A stretch of 64,000 bases of DNA, taken from assembly GCF_001194135.2 (NCBI RefSeq), contig NC_068981.1, forward strand, positions 191,943,582 to 192,007,581, given 5' to 3'. Positions 56,096 to 64,000 of this stretch are shown in pieces. This DNA is from Octopus bimaculoides. Lineage: Eukaryota. The notes beneath the pieces were generated by a model that saw only the letters and a program-made list of their open reading frames with translations, was not told where the DNA came from and did not search any database. A program made the position numbers and the translations under genes. Position 1 is the stretch's first letter. The number at the start of each line of letters is the position of its first letter.

Positions 56096-57139
56096 GAGAC
56101 AGAGAGAGAGACAGAGAGAGAGACAGAGAGAGATGTGTATGTGTTTACATTTATACTCTATGAAAATCACTATGAGAAGTGTTTTGTTATCACTACTTCT
56201 GTTTCTTCTGTCAACAAATCATCCACTCACTTCACACCTTTGAAGAGATGTGAAATATGAAATCAGGGTACCTGGTTACAAAACAATGCCTTGATTGTAT
56301 ATATGTCTGACCTATGATAGCATGGAAAAACAGGTGTAAATCACAAACACACAGGCATGAATGCCACATATTTTAGCCAAGATTACAATCTTAATAATCC
56401 CAATATTTTTGATTTTAATCTGAATAGGAAATGGACTTTTAGATAGATTGTTAGTCTTTTTTATTGATTAAGTAGAAGGGATAAAGGTTTGTATGTCAAA
56501 CTATTACAAGTTATAATTTAAATATCTACATTCAAAATATTTCCCCATTAATAAAACCTTTGAAAGTGTGCCCCAGTATGGCCACCGTTCACTGAAAGAA
56601 GTAAAAGACCAATATAATAAACATGCCAGAAAATTATGAAGCTTTTCATTGAAACAGATTGCTAGGCTATGTCAACATTGCAAAGTACATGGATTGATTA
56701 TTGGGTTTATTAAGAAACTGTTCATTCGCATAATGGACTTTGGAAACATAATGCATTACCATGGTTGGAATTTACAGAAGATGATGAAGTTAAACATTCT
56801 AAAGGGAATGAATTTCAAATATTACAATGGAAAAGTGAACTTGAAAAGAAATATTTACTGAAAGAAAATCAAGATTTTTAAATGAATAAGATTTAAAATG
56901 AATTATAATACAAAACACACACACGAAAAGGAAAGGAAATATTTACCAATTTGGAAAGCTAAACACACTTAAAAATATTTAACAAATTTTCAGTTACAAC
57001 TTCATCCCTTACAACTTGCATCTTTAAACATATTCCCCATCACATTGTTACAGAACATCCCTCTCTATACCCTCTGTACTACTTATACTCCCCACCCCTA
57101 CTGTTCAATGTGGGTAATTCCCCAATACATCTCCAACAC

Positions 57140-57171
<32 letters not shown>

Positions 57172-57374
57172 ATTGATTGTCTATCTTTTTCACAAACTCT
57201 CTCCTTCTTTCCTTATCTTTCCTTGTCTTACTGAGATGGCCAAGTTTCTCTTCTATAGTAAGACAACTATCTCTGTCCTCTATCATACTCTAACATCTTG
57301 CCTGGCACACATTCATTTCTCTTGGTTCCGCTCCCTCACTCAACTAAGATATCTTTGTCTTGCAAGTTACTTGT

Positions 57375-57530
57375 CAACCTCACTGGATTTCTATCTACCA
57401 AATCCACTCACAAGGCTTTGGTCAGCCTGAGGCTATAGCTGAAGACACTCACCTAAGGTGCCATGCAGTGTGACTGAACCCAGAACCATGTGGTTGGGAA
57501 ACAAGCTTCTTACCACACAGCCAGGCCTGT
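57375..57530 (-). mobile_element. tRNA-derived SINE head copy
   Basis: ctaccaaatccactcacaaggctttggtcagcc...aaggtgccatgcagtgtgactgaacc...cttcttaccacacagcc. Further head fragments lie near 697-835, 29060-29210, 36990-37150, 46115-46260 and 62975-63090. Confidence 0.8.
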
Positions 57531-59284
57531 GTCTTCAGTATTATAATTGAAGCAAAAGTTGTATTTCAACAGAAACTTACTTAACCAAACAGTTAAGTCA
57601 GTCAATCCATTATTGCCCTCTGAGTAGCTATGCTGGCTGTTAAAAGCCACCAAATCTGCTGCCCCTTTTCAGACAAATTTTACATAGGATCCAGGTCCTG
57701 CCCATAACCACTCAATTCTTCGTACAAACTTTTTTGTTTGCTTTCAACCAAAGTAACCAACCAGCTCTGAGACCACTGCCCCTTCCAGTATTCTCCATCA
57801 ACACATCTCTGAGCCACTTTATATCCTTGAAATTATTGGATAGTAAAAAAGAAAAAAAGTAATATTAACACTTTGAAATCAATTCCCATGAAGCAGAAAA
57901 AGAGAGAAAAAGAAATATGTCAGATAATTTAGTGTATAATAAATTCAAAGTTGTAATAAAAAATCCTATCAATTTCATCATCATTTAAAGATCATGTTCT
58001 GTGTTCCATGCTGGCATGGAATGTGGAAGGTTTCACAGGATCCAACCAGTCTGAAGTATGCATTGTGCTCCATCATCTGCTTTGGTATGATTTCTACAAT
58101 GAAACACTCTTCCTAATGACAACGAGAGCTGGTGAGGTATCCATGCAGCTTGTAACACAACCTACACCAAAAGAGATGGCTTTACACTAGAAGATGAGAG
58201 GTTGAAGCATGAGAGAAGTAGGGTCAGAGTAGAATAGGTTTCTTACCATAGGGGAGCTACATGGTTATTCACGTTTTGGAAACGAGAGTAGGAGTGATCA
58301 AGGTAGATCCTCAAAGTACAAGGTGAGTAGAAGTGTATGAAGGAAGGAGTAGTGGAAGAAGTACCAAAAGTGTGGGTGGAATTTGCAAGAGGGTATCAAG
58401 GGATTTAGAGATAGAGAATAGATGAGAAGACAGGGAGGTAGGCAACTGCTGTAAAGATTGGGTAGGGTTGAAGGGTGGATGTAGTGAATGGTGAAAAACA
58501 AATTCTCTATGAGTTAGGGGAGTTGGGGATTCATGACTAGGAGATGACTGATAGTATGGAGGGAAGCTTCAGAGATTTAGACAAAGGAAGCTAGGAAGAT
58601 AGAGAAAAACAATAACAACAACAAAGTATTTTTTATAGATTAAGCAAAGTGATCGTTAAAAAAGCTATGTATATAGATACAAAAGTTAACTGAGGACATA
58701 AGTTGATTAGTTTCATCCCACCGGATCAATAGAAACGTTACAGTAATCTCTCTCTCTCTCTCTCTCTCTCTAATATGTTGTCTATAATATGTGAATATAG
58801 GTTATTAGGACAATAATTCAGCAGACTCTAGTTTCAGTTGTGGGGGAATGCAAAAGAAAAACAAAAAAGATGCGGAAATAAATCAGAAAGGATGCTTGTC
58901 AATAATTGCATATTGGTTGGTTAAGTGGAAACAATGTGTTGCAGTATTTCAAATAATTATTCTAAGGAAGTTTTTATTTTTTTTATTTCTCTCTCTTAAA
59001 GGTGAGAGGAGGTGGGTAGCAAGAACGATATGTTATACTTCACTGAAGCATAAAACCAGTTTATAATTTCTTTGCTTGAAATATATGATATTAATATTGA
59101 CATGATAAACGAGACTATAATAATCTGTAACACAATAAATGACAGGATTAAATTCCTTTAAATATTTTAGAGCATAGCAATCAAACTCAACAACCCATTT
59201 GGATCAATTTTAGATATCAAATGTTCATTAAAAGTATTGAAAGAGGTCAAGAGAGACAGAGGCAAACAGAGAATGAAACAGATG

Positions 59285-59290
59285 AAGAGA

Positions 59291-59360
<70 letters not shown>

Positions 59361-59515
59361 CACACACACACACACGCACACACATGCACGCACACACAGA
59401 GGGAGAGAGACAGATACACAGACAAAGAAAGAGATACAGAGAGAAACAGACACAGAAAAAGACAGAGAAATAACGACAGAGAGAAAGAGAGAGAGAAAAA
59501 GAGAGAGAGAGACTA
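59285..59515. repeat. Compound (GA)n/(CAGA)n/(CA)n microsatellite
   Basis: Seen directly; it explains the cluster of low-complexity ORFs at 59167-59613. Confidence 0.95.
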
Positions 59516-60020
59516 CCTCTCAAAGAACCTAACTGTATTGGATATGATGTTTGAGATGAGCAATTTTCAAAAATATTTGCCAACAAATTTTCTAACCACT
59601 TTGGGATATTCATTTCTGGACTGCTTTACTGATTTAATACACGTTTTCAAAATAAATTTGATAGTTCTCATGTAGACATGTGTGAATTGTTGGGAAGAAG
59701 TGATGAAGTCAGATGTCAGAATACCAAACCACTAAAAAAATTTGGATGATAACAAATCTGAGATGAAGTGGATAGCATGCTGTATGACAGGTATGTCACA
59801 CTCCTGCCAATACAAAGAAATGAATATTAACATGATGATGATGATGATGACGATCTTATCATCCATCCATACCACAACCACTCAACTTGAAACTGTACTA
59901 ACACAAGATTAGTGTGTTTACTTAAGAAACATATGAATTGACAATAGCAAAGTTTTAAGTTATGTTATTTGGTTCAGACATCAGGTCTATGTACATCAAT
60001 ATGTCTAATTATATAAGAAG

Positions 60021-60420
60021 AGGCATGGCTGTGTGGTGAAGAAATATGCTTCTCAACCACATATGTTTGTGGATTCAGTCTCACTGTATAGTACCTTGGG
60101 CAAGTGTCTTCTATTTCTCCAAGCTAACCAAAGCCTTTGTGTGGATTTGGTAGATGGAAACTGAAAGATGCCAGTCATGTGTGTGTGTCTTAACATCATG
60201 GGATTGATATGAGCATCACTATCATGCAAAGTATCTTATTTCCAATCTTCCATAGAAACGTGACTGGCCATGGGGAAAATATCACTTTGCTTGTAAACAA
60301 GTTGGGGGGTCAATAACATGAAGGGTTTTGTCCTTCGTGTCATTAACCTAGAAAAATCTGTCTCAACAAATTCCATTGACCCATGAAAATGTAAATGTTA
60401 AAACAATGATGATTATGATG
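60021..60420 (+). mobile_element. tRNA-derived SINE, tail type 2
   Basis: ggcatggctgtgtgg...ccttgggcaagtgtcttct...ggccatggggaaaatatcac...cccatgaaaatg...ttaaaacaatgatgat. Confidence 0.78.
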
Positions 60421-62055
60421 AGAATTACTGAACACAAAGCAGCTGGACGCGTCTGTAATTCAAAAAGTACAGCCTTGTCACACTGGTTCTGCCTGAAAAT
60501 GACATTATGAGTTTACATGTCTGTGGAATACTCAGGCACTTGTAAGTTAAGGCACGAGTCAGCTTGAGAAGACACCTATTCACAATGACACATCATCAAC
60601 AGAATCTTAAGCCATAATGTTATGAAAGAAACTTCTTCACCACATTACAGTGATGCTAAAGAACCCCCCCCCCCCATATATTGGTTTATCAAGAATAGTA
60701 AATATGGAGGGGTTTTTGGCTGCACCCTGTATCTTACCTGGAGATTAAATGAAAATCCTTTTCTAAAAGTGAAAACACAATGTTTTCAACAGGAAAAAAG
60801 AAAATACATTTTTAAATGTTTTTTTTTTCAACAATTATCTTCTGGCATTAAAATATTAATTTTTTGGAACATAATAGGATTTATGCTACAAATTAATTAT
60901 ATTAAGGAAGTAGTATCAGTTCAGTGAAGTTAATGATGGATAAGAATATGCAACAAAGAACAAGTTCCTTGGAGGGATGTAGCACAAACAGTAAAACCGA
61001 AGGTGGTGAAGAAAATGATATTCTTAAAAAAAAAAATTTTTTTCAAACTATTTCTTTAACTCTTAGTTACCATGTAACACACAAGCAAAATTTGGTTTTA
61101 ATAGCATCAGCAAAATCATTAAGCAATACATATGTAGTTGGTGTTATTAGTCCTAAGTTGGCCCTTCAGAGCGAAAGCACTGAAGCCAGAAATAAAAGTA
61201 TTTTTCTGGAAGTGTATCTGGATTACATTATCCAATGTATAATTCTTTAAAAAAGTAGGGTGATATTTGCGGGAGATTTGACTGCTGGTTTTAGCAAGAA
61301 GAGTATAGAAACTCCCTCATGAACTGCCTCGGGATATCTAATAATTCTCTAGTTTGCAAAATGAGAACAAAATATTTAATGTAATTAAATATAATATTTA
61401 GAGAAATTAGTCACATAAAGTTAATGAATAAATAAAATTGATATTTAACTGAAAAACTATTTGGAAAACTCAAAATGTTTCAGAAATGAATTTTATCATT
61501 GGCAAAACTCTTCTCAGTCTGAAGTATTGTCACTAATCTTTTCGTAGCTATTTATTTGCAGCTTAAAAATTCATAAATCATTTTATGGAAGCCGATTTTT
61601 GTTATAAATTACTTGAGATATCAACACAGAATCTTTAGAGTTACAGATGGTTGGCATCAATGCTTCAATGCAGCTTCTGTAACCAAGACTTGTTAATTTC
61701 TTTCATGAATATTCTTATCAGTAGACTGTCCCCATGTATTTCAAATTTATTTTCAATATAACCAAAACTTTACAGTGGCCTTAGTAAAATATCTACTTTT
61801 ATCATCATTTAGCATCAATTTTTCCATGGTTGCATGGGTCAGACAAATTTTGTTGAGACAGATTTTCTACAACCAGATACTCTTCCTGTTTCCAACCTTG
61901 ACCTGTTTCCAAGCAAAGTAAGAGTTCCCCATGGCCAGAATAGTTTTCATGGAAGACTGAAAACAAACATTGTTTGTATGATGGTGATCCCATTTACAAC
62001 CAACATTTGCCCTCAAATCAAAGGTACACACCAATACACATAAACAAATATTATA

Positions 62056-62951
62056 TGAGGTGGTATCAAAAGGTTCCTGGACTAGTTATATTTAATAAAG
62101 AATAACTTATTTACCATCAAAAATAGTCACTTTGTGCAGTGATACACTGGTCCCAGCATTCCTGCCACTTTTGGAATCCAGCCTGGAAGTCGTTTTCAGT
62201 AAGTGAGTCAAAGACCTTCTGCAAATTGCTCTTGATCTCGACAATGGTGTTAAAACGGTGACCTTTGAACTGCATTCTCATCTTGGGGAAGAGATTGAAG
62301 TCGGCAGGTGCTCAATCTGGCAAATAGGGTAGGTATAGAAATGATACTATGTTGTTTTTGGTGAGAAACTCACAAGTGAGGCGAGTTCAGTGACAGGGTG
62401 CATTGTCATCATGATGAATCCAATTCTTTGTGCTCCACGGACCTGGTTGCTTTTGCCGAATGTCCTCCCTCAAACACTTCAAAACGTTGCAGTAAAACTC
62501 TTAATGGACGGCCTGGCCCAGGGAGATGAATTCTCAATGCACCAATACTGTGGATGTCAAAAAAACAATGAACATGCTCTTGACTGAGCTGTGGCTCTGT
62601 CATGCCTTTTGAAGCACCCGTGTCACTTGAAACATTGCATATGACCCATTGCCTTGTCACCGTAAGCTTGCCAAAGCATGCTCAATGTCTATGTAGCAGG
62701 CTTCCTAAGTTTAATGCAGTATTTCACACTGGCTCTTTGTTCCAAATTCCAGTCCATGACAAAAATTGCAGACTACAGCATACACGTGATCGCAAAAACA
62801 CAAATTTTGCAACTTGCAATGTAAACAGAGCAATGTCACTCGACAGACTGCCTCATGAAGGTCATTACTAGCTCTCACTGTGCAAACAGCTATGTATTAC
62901 AATCCGTTGGTGTACTACTGAACTAGATTGGAACTTTTTGATACCACCTCA
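62056..62951 (-). mobile_element. Mariner (Tc1/mariner, DD34D type) element, internally deleted, about 896 bp
   Basis: TIRs TGAGGTGGTATCAAAA(G/A)GTTCC (21/22 match), TA on both sides (62054-55, 62952-53). The minus strand from ATG 62757 to TAA 62107 reads, with stops and frameshifts, MDWNLEQRASVKYCIKL...FK / KSMFIVFFDIH...FYCNVLKCLREDIRQKQPGPWSTKNWIHHDDNAPCH...PYLPD*APADFNLFPKMR...CITAQSDYFDGK*. Confidence 0.93.
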
Positions 62952-63467
62952 TATATGTACAATGAGAGGTTTCTTCCAGTTTCCATCTACCAAATCCACT
63001 CACAAGGCTGGTGGTTATAGTAGAAGACACTTGTCCAAGATGCCACACAATGAGACTGATCCCAAGACCAGATAGTCAAGAAGCAAGCTTATATTAAATG
63101 GTGATGAGCACTCATTGAGAGTTTACTTTCAAACATGAATGTATTAGCATGGGTGTTCTTATGCAGGTTAGTATTAAGTGTTGGAGAAGGTAAACATCAT
63201 GAAGCTTTTTTCTTTTTTTTTTATCCAAAAGAATAAAGAAAAGAAATAAAAGTCCTTATAAGAACAATGAAATATTAAGTTTGTGTATAATTTGGTAGAG
63301 CAAAATTTATTTCATTGTATTTAGCTAGTAGTAGCACGTGCATGAATATACTGACCAAGTCATTTAAATTTAAGAACTTGACCAGCAAAAAACAACAATA
63401 CATTTCTCCAGTGAAGAACTTTAGAAGAAAGAGAGAAAGAGGAGGAGCAGGAGAAGGGGACACTTAC

Positions 63468-63643
63468 TCGATCCTTGGCTGCCAGCAGCTGTTTGACCAC
63501 TACTTTATCTGCAAGTAACAATACCCGGGTGATAGCTGATAAAAGCTGCCTTGCAGCTCGCACCATGGCTGTTTTTTCTTTGATTGTCTTTGACTGTCCT
63601 GAATTTCCATCAGGAGTAGCTGTCAACTTCTGGATGCTAACAC
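63468..63643 (-). CDS. CTNNAL1: Alpha-catulin internal coding exon (first in window), 176 nt, phase 1 to phase 0
   Basis: Acceptor ...aaatttcag|GT and donor CGA|gtaagt. Translation (G)VSIQKLTATPDGNSGQSKTIKEKTAMVRAARQLLSAITRVLLLADKVVVKQLLAAKDR. The motif LLLADKVVVKQ matches catulin (human, from memory: VLLLADRVVIKQ) rather than alpha-catenin (LLILADMADV). Confidence 0.93.
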
Positions 63644-63919
63644 CTGAAATTTAATAGCAAAATAAGGGAAAACATTAAACACAGCTTACAATAATTAGGG
63701 AAAATTTAAAGGTAACATTTAAAGCAATTATTAAAAATAAATTTTGTTACTGAAAGCAAAGTGTTATAAAAAGGAAAGGATTTAGGATTAAATTTTTCCA
63801 TAATAGAAATAAAACTAAAAATATTAACATGAATTATTGAAGTGATTACACATTGATTTCTTGCTAACTGACTAATCAGCCACTTGACAGACAAAGGTAG
63901 TTATTAAAAAAATGCTTAA

Positions 63920-64000
63920 CCCTTTTCTTAGAATTTTTCTGTTGAAATATACTGCCTTTTATTTCAATTAATTTCGAAAACAATTAAAAATTTAATAGAG
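63920..64000. mobile_element. TTAA-type MITE (family A, reverse), cut by the window end
   Basis: TTAA 63916-19 followed by cccttttcttagaatttttctgttgaaatatactgcc, similar to the start of 40983-41200. Confidence 0.6.

Noticed and set aside
56690-56880. Protein-like stretch HNGLWKHNALPWLEFTEDDEVKHSKGNEFQILQWKSELEKKYLL on the plus strand
   Set aside because: No recognisable family, no convincing splice signals and stops nearby. A translated search would be needed; a hit to a transposase or gene would revive it.
58690-58745. CTGAGGA ... GAAACGTT, a second hammerhead-like string
   Set aside because: The TTGAT/ATCAA helix is offset from the core boxes, and stem I does not pair (A opposite A at the first position).

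Overview
AT-rich, microsatellite- and SINE-dense animal genomic DNA. The repeat families resemble those I recall from octopus genomes; this is an inference, not a database result. The whole window lies inside one minus-strand gene, alpha-catulin (CTNNAL1-like, vinculin/alpha-catenin family). Four coding exons (63468-63643, 33418-33537, 12784-12873, 11263-11472) splice in frame at GT-AG sites, separated by introns of 29,930, 20,544 and 1,311 bp. The rest is intronic and packed with decayed transposons: an internally deleted mariner with TIRs and TA TSD, an internally deleted piggyBac nested in a TTAA MITE, several TTAA MITEs, a hAT MITE with an 8-bp TSD, a Penelope-like GIY-YIG fragment with an inverted terminal repeat, R4/Dong-like and RTE LINE fragments, and several tRNA-derived SINE families. 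Nearly all ORFs in the supplied track are microsatellite or repeat artefacts. I cannot demonstrate a wholly new biological system. The best leads are a minimal hammerhead-ribozyme motif carried inside the hAT MITE, the Penelope element with inverted ends, the piggyBac/MITE nest that links a MITE family to a transposase-coding parent, and tail-to-tail fold-back repeats in the pre-mRNA.
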